Positions 1 through 11,987 of a DNA stretch of 64,000 nucleotides are shown in pieces. A program made the position numbers and the translations under genes. The stretch is from Eledone cirrhosa (Eukaryota): the NCBI GenBank assembly GCA_964016885.1, contig OZ024746.1, positions 73,470,001 to 73,534,000 of the forward strand. Reading direction: 5' to 3'. Every line of letters begins with the position of its first letter. Within the stretch, counting starts at the first letter, position 1. Below the pieces are notes generated by a model. It made no database searches and had not been told where the DNA came from. It worked only from the letters and a program-made list of their open reading frames with translations.

Positions 1-228
1 AGTACAGTCCACGCTGTAATGTGGCCGTGTAGGCAACACGGTAAAAACCTCCCAGCCCCACACTGTAAATGTGGTTGGTGTTAGGAAGGGCATCCAGCTG
101 TAGAAAACCCGCCAGACAGTCCTATGCGAGCAAGACAACCACTCTTGCCTCAAGTGGGAAAACTCCCGTCCAAACCCATGCAAGCGTGGAACATGGACGT
201 TAAACGATGATGATGATGATGATGATGA
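1..228 (+). mobile_element. SINE-like repeat with RTE-type 3' tail
   Basis: GGTTGGTGTTAGGAAGGGCATCCAGCTGTAGAAA...AACCCATGC...GGACGTTAAAC(GAT)n; many decayed copies across window. Confidence 0.8.
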
Positions 229-1560
229 AGGGTAATTGGCAAATATTATTGGAGCATGAGACAATGCTTTGTAGTAATCATTACAACCCTTTACATTCAG
301 AGTTTAAACCCCATCGAGGTCAGCGTTGTCATTCATCAAAATCAATAGTTTGTGTGCTAATCAAATATTGGAGTGTATTTAACTCTTAATGTTCTGTGCC
401 ACATGGAACCACTTTAGCAAGACATTCTTTAAAGGTACAAAACTGCACTATGATTGCATCAAGTCTTTACTCTAATATAGCAAATTTTCACAATGATCTG
501 TCCACTAGTAAATATACTATAAATATTTGAATTAACAAACCGGTTTTTAGATATTTTCTGTTAAATGATTACAGGATGTGTCTTTGTGCCAATGTTAGAA
601 ATCGATATTAACCAATTCTTCTTGTCTCATATTATATTCATGCATTTTTGTGGTATTTATTAGTCTTAGAATGAATAGACTGGATTCAAAGTTCTTGTCC
701 TGGTTGCAGTGTGTCCATCCATGTTGGTAATGCTATCTCTATTAATGACATTGTATTAACTGCCATAGATGCATACATACATTTATTGTCTGATTTTACA
801 TCATCACATGGTCCTTGGATGTCTTTAGCAGTGTCCTGTCTTTTTCAAACTTTAAGACCAGGTTTCTTGTTCTTAGATAACCCATTAGAAGTCATGGTTT
901 CTATTTCCATTTCACCTACCTACCAATTCTAGAGGCCTTTCAGCTGGTGAATAGCACTTCTCTGGTTATGCCATACAAAAACCATCACTCTGGCCCTTGG
1001 CCCATCTGAACACTTGGTAGAATGTGGGAACATGTGTAAGCAAGATGTGGCCCACTGGCCTGTCTGCTTACAGCTTTGTTATAAGGTTCTATCAGACACT
1101 GTGCATGTTAATGAGATAGAAGACATTTTAGCACCAAAACTATCTGCCTAGCTACATGACACAGTCACCCGACTAACTGCAAGCACACTACTATGCTAAA
1201 GATAAGATATAAACCATTAAGCTTTCAACTAGAAGGCCAGTGTGGGGGCTGATCTATGGTTCCTTGACCTGCTATAAATTTCAACCAAATATCCTTAAAA
1301 TCACACCCTACCATCTTAAAAATAATGTAATGAATAATGTAATCCTAGATATAGTCCAGCAATTACTAACAAGGAAAACAGACGTTAAATGATGACAATG
1401 ACAGTGTGATGATGATGATGATGATGATGATGATGACAGTATGCTTGGAAACATTGCTCAACACTCACATGCCTTTCATTACAGGTCTGCTCGACCAGAG
1501 TAGACCTTGTGCAAAACAACCCATTATTTTTGCTATATTTATAATATTTTCTTTTCTCAG

Positions 1561-1722
1561 GGTGTTCAAGCTCAGACTGTGGCCAACTATTATCTTGCTT
1601 TGGAGCTAGAGAAAACCATTATTCCTGTGCTAAACAAAATAGACCTAAAGGCTGCCAGACCTGAAGAAGTTGTACAACAGCTCAAGTCTATTTTTGACTT
1701 AGAACCAAATACAGCATTAAAG
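1561..1722 (+). CDS. GUF1: GUF1 (mitochondrial EF4/LepA) coding exon, G domain
   Basis: ttctcag|GVQAQTVANYYLALELEKTIIPVLNKIDLKAARPEEVVQQLKSIFDLEPNTALK|gt; NKID G4 motif; upstream exons not seen in window. Confidence 0.95.
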
Positions 1723-1832
1723 GTTACAGTTTATTATTGTTTTCCTTGTTTGTTTGTTTTTTGTATTTTTGCATTTTTGTATTTTTGTGCATCATACAGA
1801 GTAATATCAAAGTTATGGTGATGAAAGTTTAG

Positions 1833-2160
1833 ACGGCAAATTGGCGGCGTCGCTAGAACATTGGATAGAATACTTTGCTGTATTCGTTTCAGCACTCTGC
1901 TCGCTGAGTTCAAATCCTGCCACGGTCAACTTTGCCTTTCATCTATTCAAGGTTGATAAAAAAAATACCAGTCAAGTACTTGGGTTAATTCTTCCTCTAT
2001 ATTTCTTTCTTGCTTCCATTCTCCCACTCTCTAGCCTTCTCTGGAAGAAATTTGCTGTTTTCAGACTGAAGAGGAAATGGGCTCTGCCAGGTTTTAAAAT
2101 GCCCTAGAAACGCTGTCAAATCAGCACCCATACAATTCCCGCAAGAGTTACAGGACCATA
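1833..2160 (+). mobile_element. SINE subfamily with extended 3' body (also about 20900-21215, 43180-43500, 52815-53120)
   Basis: Same head and core as the young family, followed by shared CTCTGGAAGAAAT...TTCAGAC...AAAATGCCCTA segment. Confidence 0.75.
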
Positions 2161-2747
2161 CATGCAATGAGAATTTAAGGAATTTGGCAATTAAAATGCT
2201 ATACATGTAAATTATAGTTAAATCTGTCCCAAGCCTAGGGTCTTATCAGGCAAAATAGCAACAGAATACAAATCAGTAGAAATCATCTTTTTCTCTATGA
2301 ATAAATTTACAGAAGTTGAAGAGTGATGCCTTGGCAGAATCATTAGAGCTTTGGACAAAATATCTTGTAGTATTTGTTCCATCTCTTCATGTTCTGAGTT
2401 CAAAACTCACTGGGTCAATTTTGCCTTTTATCCTATTGGGATCAATAAAATAAAGTACCACTCAAGTACTGTGGTCAATATAATTGACTTTACACTCCCC
2501 AAATGCTGGCCTTGTCCCTAGATTAGCAACCGATATTTAAAAAAGTAGTGGATTGGCAGAATCATTTGAGCATTCAGCTACAGCTCTTGACATTTTGAGT
2601 TCAAATCCTCCCTCCGAGGTTAACTTTGCCTTTCATCCTTACGGGGTTAATAAAATAAAGCACCAGTAATGCGCTGGAGTAATTGCTGGCCTTTTGCCAA
2701 AAGTAGAAACATTATTATTATCATTATTATTATTATTATTATTTCAG

Positions 2748-2812
2748 GTTTCTGCTAAACTGGGTACTGGTGTCCTTGAATTGATTGAGGCTATAATTGA
2801 GCGAATACCTCC
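2748..2812 (+). CDS. GUF1: GUF1 coding exon
   Basis: ag|VSAKLGTGVLELIEAIIERIP-CC|gtaag; SAK G5 motif. Confidence 0.93.
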
Positions 2813-3912
2813 GTAAGTTGTTTGTATGCCTTCCTCTAAATCATACATTAACTATGCCAGAATAAGATAGGCTGGTCAAGGTTGGAATTAACTAGACTTT
2901 AGTAGAAACTGTATTTTACGCCATCCTTTTTATGCTTGCATTGATAGAATGATTTATTTGTTGGAGCAGTTAGTTTTACAGTTAGATGCCCTTCCTACTG
3001 CTACCTTTCAACCCTGAAGTCAGAAAGGAATATGTTTATATTCCAATTTTACCATGTATATCCCAGTATTAGAATAGGGGCACAATGCAATGTCCTTGTG
3101 TGTGTCAAAAAAGGCAACTAAAAGTGTTGGGAGCAAGAATAGTATATAGCTGTAAAACACTGCCTAAGAAAACCTTCTAATCCATGCCAGCATTAAAAAA
3201 GTGGACATTAAACTATGATAAATCAAGCAATTTTATGAAATATGCTAACACTAACTTAAGCATTGTTTATCATGCGGATGGCATCTCTAAGTTATTTACT
3301 GTCGAAACAATTCTATTTTATTATGCCAACCAGATTACATGCTTATGCATTTACTTAGTGATTCTCCTATTAGGGTTTCCACACAGTGATGTCTGTGTTT
3401 TACTGATGAGCTTGAAATAAGACCTAAACATGTCCAGAGTTGTCTCTTATACATGTTAACGTAATTGAAATAATATTAGTCAATGTGGATGCAGCAAGGT
3501 CAAATGGTTAAGAAGTTTGCTTCACAATCATTAGGTCCCAGACTCAATCCCACTAAATGGCATCTTTGGCAAGCATCATTTACCATAGTCTTGGGTTGAC
3601 CCAAGCTCTGTGAATGAAATTGGGTAGATACAAACTGTTTGGAAATGTGTTGGATGGACTATATCTATAATTGAAAAGGCTAGCCATGTCACACACTACT
3701 ATGCTGAATTTCTCTGAGATTTAACAAATAGAACAGTCGTTATCAATACAGACAGAGGCCCATACCTCAATATTAGTCAGTTACATATATTGGTTTTTCT
3801 TCACCATATAATTATTTCTAATTTGGAATTTGATACTCCATGAATTAACTTTGTTATCACTAACTTGACTACTAGACCAACTTATGACAGCCATTTACGC
3901 CACTTATGTAAA

Positions 3913-4221
3913 CTAGATGAGGGCGACATCTTCTTTCTATCACACACACATACTCTCGCACTCCCTCTCTAAACATATGATGTTCCTTTTCTCTCTCTAT
4001 TTATATACATTTCATTCACTTGGTGCTCCCCCTCTCTATATAAATGAGCGTGACGTCATAACTTTCTGTCTATCTACCTTTTCCTGTCATGTTAAAAACA
4101 CGACCTTCCCTTTTCTCTCTCTATCTATGTATATATCTCTCGCTTGGCGCTCTCCCTCTTTATATTAAGTGAGCATGATGGACAGATGGGTAGACAGCCA
4201 GAGCTCTTATTATAACACAGA
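3913..4221 (-). mobile_element. Short non-autonomous Helitron-like element
   Basis: Minus strand reads A|TCTGTGTTATAATAAGAGC...CATCTAG|T, i.e. TC/CTAG termini inside an AT target; no clear subterminal hairpin seen. Confidence 0.45.
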
Positions 4222-4758
4222 TTTAACCGTTTTGTTACCATTTCACTGGAAACTGTCTCTAGTTCTTTAATACAATCACCTGCTTTAACCCTTTTCTAAC
4301 CATATTTCTAATGAAAGATGCTGCATATGCTTTTCATATAATTTTTAAAATATAAAAAAGTTTGAAGAGCTTTAGTAATATAGCTTAAGGGTTTAGAATA
4401 TAACTTAAAAGTTCTTATATAAAATTTTGATGAAAAGTTTTTGGATAAATATAAACAATTTTGTATTATCTAACTGGACGCAGTTTCTGCAAGCTTAGTT
4501 TCAAACGAGTTAAACTGTTTATAAATAGCCAACTTAAAACATTCCATCCTCATTTTATGTAAAATCCATTTGCTAAGCTGTGTTCCAAACAACTTAGTAA
4601 TGAAAAAAGACTCAGTTAATTTACTGGATCTCTCCAAATTCTTGATTTTTTACGAAATTATCAGTAACACAGAGGTAGTTCATTTCATTAGAAATTCCAG
4701 TAAGAAAGAGTTATATTATTTAAGGCCCCTTGGAATTCAAGCGATCAGTACTTATTCA

Positions 4759-5402
4759 TCTATATACTACTAAAACTCTGTGATTGTGTCCTTGTCTGTA
4801 ATGTAATACAGCCAAAACGGCACATAATGGGAAAATACTTTGAAAGGAAGTTGTCCCTGAAATGGGAATACAAATTGAATAAAACAAGTTTCACGTAAAT
4901 CGGAGCACGGGTTCCCGAGATTCAGGGTTTTTCCGGGTACCTTCATAAATAGCCAACAGCTCTGCGATAACCACTAACACTCTCTCTATATATTATAACC
5001 CTCTCTGTATATATATTATAACCATCTCTCTTTCTATATATTATAACCCTCTCTATATATATATATTATAGTGGAGGCACATGGGCTAGTCGTAAAGGTG
5101 TTGGACTTACGATCATTATGTCGTGGGTTCGATTCCTGGGTTGCGTGTTGTATTCTTGAGCAAAACACTTCATTTCACGTTGCTCCAGTATACTCAGCTG
5201 AAAATGAGTACCAGCAATAGCTGGGGGTTTAACCCTGCAATGGACTGGCGTCCTGTCTTGTTCTCTCAGTCACTTCACACCATGAAACCGGGATATGCAC
5301 CGGCCAAATGAGCCTTCTTGGTTAAGACAGACTGTAGCCTTTTTTTCGACTATATATATATTACTAGACCACCCATGATCCAACGGGTCATGGGTGGTCT
5401 AG
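4759..5402 (+). mobile_element. Non-autonomous Helitron-like element with nested SINE
   Basis: A|TCTATATACTACTAAAA start; terminal hairpin ending CTAG|T; tRNA-derived SINE at about 5071-5345 inside. Confidence 0.55.
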
Positions 5403-5532
5403 TATTTCTATTAACTAAACCCAGTACAAAGCATTTGTTAAGTAACAGCAGAAGAAGGAGTAGTAGTAGAAGTAATCATCTTCATTTGATGTCTATTTTT
5501 CATACTTGCAATTTATAATTTATCATCTACAG

Positions 5533-5645
5533 GCCTCCAAGTAACAGAGATGACCCCCTGAAGGCAATCTCATTTGACTCATGGTTCAACCACTACCGTG
5601 GGGTAGTGGTCACTCTAGCTTTGGTGGATGGAGTCCTTAGTAAAC
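5533..5645 (+). CDS. GUF1: GUF1 coding exon
   Basis: ag|PPSNRDDPLKAISFDSWFNHYRGVVVTLALVDGVLSK|gtaag; LepA FDSW..YRGV motif, phase consistent. Confidence 0.93.
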
Positions 5646-5888
5646 GTAAGTTGGCTGTAAACCCTCATTAAAATCTGCTTAATAATTTTGTGTTGTTTTT
5701 GTTTTTCCTTATATGGCTGTCCACAGCAAGAGACTAAATACATATGGATGTGATAAATCAACAAGTGAGCTTTTATGTGGTCACTTAAATTGCTATAAAT
5801 AGCAGCCAAATCTCTTGAATCATATCCTAAGAAAATAACACATTGGATAATGTGGCTAACTGTTTGAAACTTAGATTACTTTAATTAA

Positions 5889-6112
5889 TCCTTTAACGCT
5901 TTAGCATTTTAACCAGCTATATCCGGCCAGAATTCTCTCACCTCTTTCTGTTCAAACTGGCTGTAACCAGCCACTCATACTGATGTTAAGGTATTGTTCT
6001 CAAAATAGATAACATCAAAACCTCATAGATTTGATATTATGTGAGGTAATTATATAAGATTTACCACAAAAATACAATAGTATATATATAGAGTAATATA
6101 AATGAGAAAGGA
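5889..6112. mobile_element. TTAA-flanked MITE (piggyBac-like)
   Basis: TTAA|TCCTTT...AAAGGA|TTAA; body closely similar to 58215-58422. Confidence 0.7.
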
Positions 6113-6286
6113 TTAATTCATCGCCTTCATCATTTTTACCTCCACTAACATTATCAGTGTCCCCATCAGTATCACTAACTTTATCTCCATCATCAATGAT
6201 GTCATCTGCATCATCACATATATTGAAAGTAGAGTAAGACGATTTTTAAAAATTGCTATTTCAATACTAGAGATAACATTATATAA

Positions 6287-8600
6287 TCATCATCATCATT
6301 ATTATCATCATTTTACGTCCGCTCTTCTCTGCTCGCAAGGGTGGGACGGGTCTTATTCAGCTGAGCTTCAACGATCTGAGGTCTGTTCTCACCACCTCCG
6401 CCCATGTTTTTCGTGGTCTACCTCTACCACGTCTTCCTTCAACTGGCATTTCCTGGCACTTCTTCACCCATCGGTCATCCTCCATGCGCATCACATGTCC
6501 ATACCACCTCAGTCTCCTCTCCTGTACACTACATCCTATCCCTCTCAGACACAGTTTCTCTCTCAACACATTCATGCTGGGTCGTTCACGCACGTTTACA
6601 CTGCACATCCAACGGAGCATGCTTGCCTCATTTCTCTCCAGCTGTCGCATATCCTCTGCAGTTGCTACCCATGTCTCACTACCATGCAGCATTGCGCTCC
6701 TCACACAACCATCATACAACCGGCCTTTCGTATGCAGGGAGAAACCCTTTTTCATCAGCAGAGGAAGCAGCTCCCTAAACTTCTTCCAACCCGTCCTTAT
6801 TCTATAAACTATGGCCTCGGAACACCCTCCTCCCATGCTAATCTGATCTCCTAGGTAACGGAAGCTATCCACCACTTCTATAGCACCCTCCTGCATTTGA
6901 AAAATGTGTCTATCAATGCGAGTTCTACTGTCTAATTTCCCTATACATCTACTGCATACATATTTCTCCCTACCTGTTAGTTTGCCTGCTATCCCGCTAC
7001 ATCTCTTGTGTACCCAGGATCTGCATTGTGTGTATTTTATAGAATTTATGCCAGTTCCTTTTCTGCATATCGAACATGGCCATTTCCCTGACGGAATCAG
7101 AGTTTTTCTTTTCTACTCATCAACACTTTTGTCTTAGCTAGGTTCACTCTCAGTCCTCTTGCTTCCAACTGCTGTTTCCATAGCCAGAATGTATTCTCTA
7201 GCTCCTCTACTGATTCTGCTATAAGAACCAGATCGTCAGCATAAAGAAGTTTCCATGGACAGCCAGTCTTAAACTCCTCTGTTATGGCTTGGAGGACTAT
7301 AATGAACAAGAGAGGGCTGAGGACCGAACCTTGATGTACTCCTACTTGTATCTAGAATTATTCACTAAACTCCATTCCTACCCTGACTTTACTGAGAGTA
7401 CCTCTGTACAAAGTTTGCAATGTCCTCACAAGCCATTCCTCAACACCAAGTTTCCTTAGGGACCACCAGATGACAGATCAGGGTGCCTATGAAAGGCCTT
7501 CTCTAGGTCAACAAAGGCTAAGTATAGTGGCTTATTTTTCTCTAAGAACCTCTCTTGCAATTGTCTCACCAAGAAGAGGGCATCTGTTGTACTCTTCCCA
7601 GGCACAAAACCAAACTGCATCTCATCTAGTTTGACCCTTTCTCTAATTAGTTGTGCTAAGATCCTTTCTGCCACTTTCATAACCTGATCCATCAGTTTTA
7701 TATCCCTATAATTGCTCCTCTCCAGAGTATCCCCTTTACCTTTGTAGCAATTTATGAGAATACTGCTGCACCAGTCTTTGGGTATGACACCACCATATAT
7801 AGCCTGATTGATGATGCGTGCAACCAGTTTAGTGCCTACGTCCCCTGATGCCTTCAGCATCTCAGCAACTATTCCCGATGGTCCAGCAGCCTTACCATTT
7901 TTCATTTCCTTAATCGCCTCTTGGACCCTATATTCATCAATCTCAATAGCTGGTCCCTCTGTCGGATCTACTAAGAGTAATTTCTCTCTCTCCCATTCGT
8001 TCTCCACATTCATCAGTCTCTCATAATGACATTTCCAGGCCTCCTTTTTCTGATCATTCATGACACTAAGTACACCAGCATCATCCCGGACACATTTATC
8101 TCCAACAAATTTTCGCACGCCTCTGATCTTCCCGTCGCAGAACATTGGCAAACCTCCCACTCTCAGCCTCCCTGTGTGCTAAGTACATCTGACGTCTAGC
8201 TTCTCTCTTAGCGGCTGTATATTCTTCCCTATTCCCACCCTTTTTCCAAGCCTTCCATGTTAGTCTTTTGTCTCTAATAGCCTTATCTACTGTGCTGTTC
8301 CACCACCAGGTCACTCACTGTCTGGTTGGAGCTCTGCTCCAGCCACAAGTTTCATCAGTAGCCTGCAGCAAGTTGTCACGTAAGAAATTCCAGTTATTAT
8401 CTATGTCATACGTCTCTAAATCGTCTTTTTTTTCGCCATATACATCTTGAAGGACTTTCCTAAATTTGTATTTTAGTGAAAGGTCTTTTAGCTTCCAGAC
8501 CTTTCTTCTCCACACCTTCCTGTATGTCTCATTCCATCTCTTGCTCACTGAGATATCACTAATGACTAACCTGTGGAGTACATTCTTCCCCAGGGTATGC
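6287..8600 (-). mobile_element. RTE-clade LINE, 5'-truncated and decayed
   Basis: RT fragments GKAAGPSG, QFGFVPGKSTTD, FVDLEKAF, LLYADDLVL; RTE-type C-terminus RRLRWYGHVMRM...RGRGRPRKTW; (TGA)n tail; stops and frameshifts. Confidence 0.93.
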
Positions 8601-9354
8601 CTTGGTATTAGATACTATCTGCCTGTCCCACTGCCTAATGTTCTTTTAAAAATAAATTGAAGTGATTTGAAGAAACATTATTTTAATACCTGATATACTG
8701 TTATCCAGGATTGAAAGAAACTTTATTTTTTTAAAAATGGGAGTGTTCAGGTAGAGAAAATATCTTAATGTTTGGCAGTGGCATCCTTGTGGATGAATGG
8801 ATACACTGATTCTCACCTGACTCTCACTTCTAACTTTGGGACATTTTTTTCAGCCATACTCCAGTAACTGCTTCTGCTGGCAGGCAAAACTTAGTGAGGG
8901 ACTGGACAATCGGAGAGGAGATGGGATGAAATGCCATGTTGGGCACACAGTCACACATCTAGAGTAGTGCTCCATTGACTGGCTGTACCAGTTGTGAGAA
9001 CATGATTGAGATAAATATATTTGGATGTATAATACATCATTTTATCTTAAATAATCTTATTTACTAATTAACCATCCTCTATGCATTCACTTAAACTGCT
9101 AGAAATAGTGTTCAAATTTTATTCAAATCACTCTAATGGTTTAAACAAAAGGGAAGGATACATTTGATAATGTAGTCCTATATACGATGTATCTATTTTT
9201 AAAAAAATAATTTCGTCAAGGCAAAAATACATTTGAGCATAGGTTGGCTCAATCAGTTGACTAAAGTTTTAACAACAATCATTTTTATATCCACTAGCAG
9301 AAAAACTACCCTTCGGGTGGTTTTCTGCTACCATGTGTAGTGTGTATATTGATA

Positions 9355-10792
9355 TCTATACGTATATATAAAACTGAAATTGTCTGTGTGTGTGTGTGTC
9401 ATAATTTTTGCAAAGTCTATACAAATCCACATTTCTACTCTGATTGACTTCAAATTTGCATTTATATATTCCTTGCGGTCTAAAAATATTAACTGCAACT
9501 TTTATTTTTCAATTTTCTGTTGTTAAAGGCGTGTTAGGTGCCAGTTAGCGATCTCTCTCTCTCTCTCTTTCTTAGTCTGTCTTTTTAGATAGATACATAG
9601 CTATAACGTCACAGCCTTATAATATCTGTCTGGCTGTCTGCATTACGACATTATGAAAACATTGTTCTCATTGCTGACGTATTATCTTCGCTATTTTCCG
9701 TTCATTGCCAGGGAACGTCTTCATGAACCAAAGTATCGTCTTCTTGTTTTCCTTCGGTTGCAACGTTTTTCGAAATATTTACTTCTGCGTTCACAGATTG
9801 ATATTTTTAGTTTCAGAAGATCCCGTTAAGGGTGAAAGCAGTGATTCTTTGCTTAAACTTTAATCTGTCGTTTTAATATATATATAATTATATATTCGTG
9901 TACAGATATTTTTGCATACACAAAAACAAAATATAAACAAACGTATTTATTTCACAAAAGCACAGACGGCTTATCGTCATTGTTACTGCCGATATGCCAC
10001 CCCAAAAGTCCCCCTATTTTTGGCACAAAGGCCAGCAATTACATAGTCAACGGTTCAGAAATCACATGCATCACTGACGAGTTTACTCCTTACTCTACCA
10101 GTTAGTCTTAGTGTACATCGTCCTGCTTTTAGGTCATGCCTTGAAGAAAGAGATACTCCATTGGCCGAAATACTGCGAAAGCGGCAAGAAAAAGAACAAG
10201 ACGGGCAAACGAATCGTCAGTGGAATCTGCTATTCAACATTCGCAAGATGCCGAACGTACTGCCACCAGAAGAGCACTTGAAACAGACAACCAATGAACC
10301 ATTTGCCGAACCGTGTCAGCTTTGCAATGCCTATCAACAAATCCCAGGGTCAGACCCTAGCTGTTGCTGGTCTTCTTTTGGAAGAGTCATATTTTTCACA
10401 TGGGCAACTATACGTTGGCTGCTCAAGAGTGGGAAGCAAGACAAATCTCTTTGCATATGCCCGACACGGAAGAACAAGGAACATTGTGTACAAGGAAGTG
10501 CTACAATCATTGTTTAGGTAGACGAGGCAGAAGAGGATAAACACGATTGGCTGAAGAAGGACGAGACTGTGTTAGTAGTACGACGAACGGCTGCTATCAC
10601 ACCAACAGCAGCAAAAACAACAAAAAAGAGAGGGAACGCAATTACATGCTTTTGAAAAATCTTAATGGAAAATTATTTGCCTAAGCACAAAATGTAGACA
10701 CCATCCCCAGGTCAAGGTATTCCTTCAAAAAGGAAGGATAAACATGCCAATCTATGTTTAGAAGCCTGAGCAACGCCGGGCCATTCTGCTAG
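9355..10792 (+). mobile_element. Composite non-autonomous Helitron with Pif1-type helicase C-terminal remnant
   Basis: A|TCTATACGTATATATAAAA start; 10294-10521 RVSFAMPINKSQGQTL...FSHGQLYVGCSRV; subterminal CCTGAGCAACGCCGGG then CTAG|T. Confidence 0.8.
9809..9859 (+). ncRNA. Putative type I hammerhead ribozyme-like motif (variant core)
   Basis: Stem I AGTTT/AAACT, core CAGAAGA, stem II CCC/GGG, GAAA, stem III AGCA/TGCT, unpaired T at the predicted cleavage site. Confidence 0.55.
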
Positions 10793-11672
10793 TTATACAC
10801 AAATATATATGCATGTAGATATGATACATCAAATAAAATCGTAATTGACAATATACACAGAAATTGAATGAAGTCTGTTACACTGTCTTCTGTAATCAGT
10901 AACGTAATCCATGATACATTTTAAAAAAAGACGATATTATATATAAACTGCATTAGGAGAAAATTAGCGACAGAAATATATACAATATTTTTATAAATGT
11001 TATAATATAACGACCGCTAACTGGAAGTGTTGACATTTGAAAATTTTAAAGAAGTGAATCTTTAAATAAGCTATAAAATATATTTAATCAACAACCACGA
11101 AATTTAGCACATAAATTATGTAATATTCATTCATTATTTATTCAAAGTAATCCAACTTATTTTACAAACGGGGTAAAAAAATATATTCTAGACGCAGTCC
11201 CACACTCCTTTCTTTATTATAGTTAAGATTTTTCCATGCTTGTATGGGTTGGTTGGATCCTCTCCAACACAGTATCTCACTTTTCTTTATCATCTCTTTC
11301 ATAGAATTCTGAGATCAGCCTTCACCAGTTCTGCATATGTCTTCTTTCATAGCTTCCTTCATTTTGTAACTCCAGGCTTTTCTTTACCCAACTATCAACC
11401 ATCCATATGCATTGTATGTCTATACCACAGCAGTCATCTTTCTTGCACACATCCAATTCCTCTTTTACCCATTTTTCTTTCAATCCATCTGTGCTTCGTC
11501 ATTCATACACACTAAACATTGCACTTCCACTGAGTGTCCATAATGTCCCCAATTGTGATCATTGATTTCTTTTGCCTTTCATCCTTACGGGGTCGATAAA
11601 ATAAAGTACCAGTAATGTACTGGATAATTGCTGGCCTTTTGCCTAAAGTAGAAACAATTATATTATTTCCTG

Positions 11673-11860
11673 TATGGATTGGCAGTATTGGTAGAGAGTC
11701 TGACGCCATGCTTTGACGCATAGAGTTACGGCCCTTGCCATTCTGAGTTCAAATCCCGCCGAGGTTAACTTTGCTTTTCATCCTTATGGGATCGATAAAA
11801 TAAAGTACCAGTAATGCACTGGGTAATTGCTGGCCTTGTGCCAAAAGTAGAAACAATTAT
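11673..11860 (+). mobile_element. tRNA-derived SINE, young family
   Basis: A box TGGCAGTATTGG, B box GAGTTCAAATCC, core TTGCYTTTCATCCTTAYGGGGTCGATAAA, end GTAGAAACAATTAT; many close copies in window. Confidence 0.85.
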
Positions 11861-11896
11861 ATTATTTCCTGTGTGTTTCTTTATTTTGCTCACCAG

Positions 11897-11987
11897 GAGA
11901 TAAAATTATGTCTGCAGCAACAGGAAAACTTTATGAAGTTCAAGAGATTGGATTTATGTATCCTGAACAAGTACCATGTGAGAAACT
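11897..11987 (+). CDS. GUF1: GUF1 coding exon
   Basis: cag|DKIMSAATGKLYEVQEIGFMYPEQVPCEK|gtaag; phases match neighbours. Confidence 0.9.

Noticed and set aside
1841-2107. Apparent small protein family (similar ORFs at 20911, 42979, 52856)
   Set aside because: Similarity comes from a shared SINE sequence; frames are not conserved between copies
6404-6854. Overlapping plus-strand ORFs
   Set aside because: Antisense shadows of the RTE reverse transcriptase region
10294-10521. Host PIF1 helicase gene
   Set aside because: Only a C-terminal fragment, lying between Helitron termini, with no exon structure
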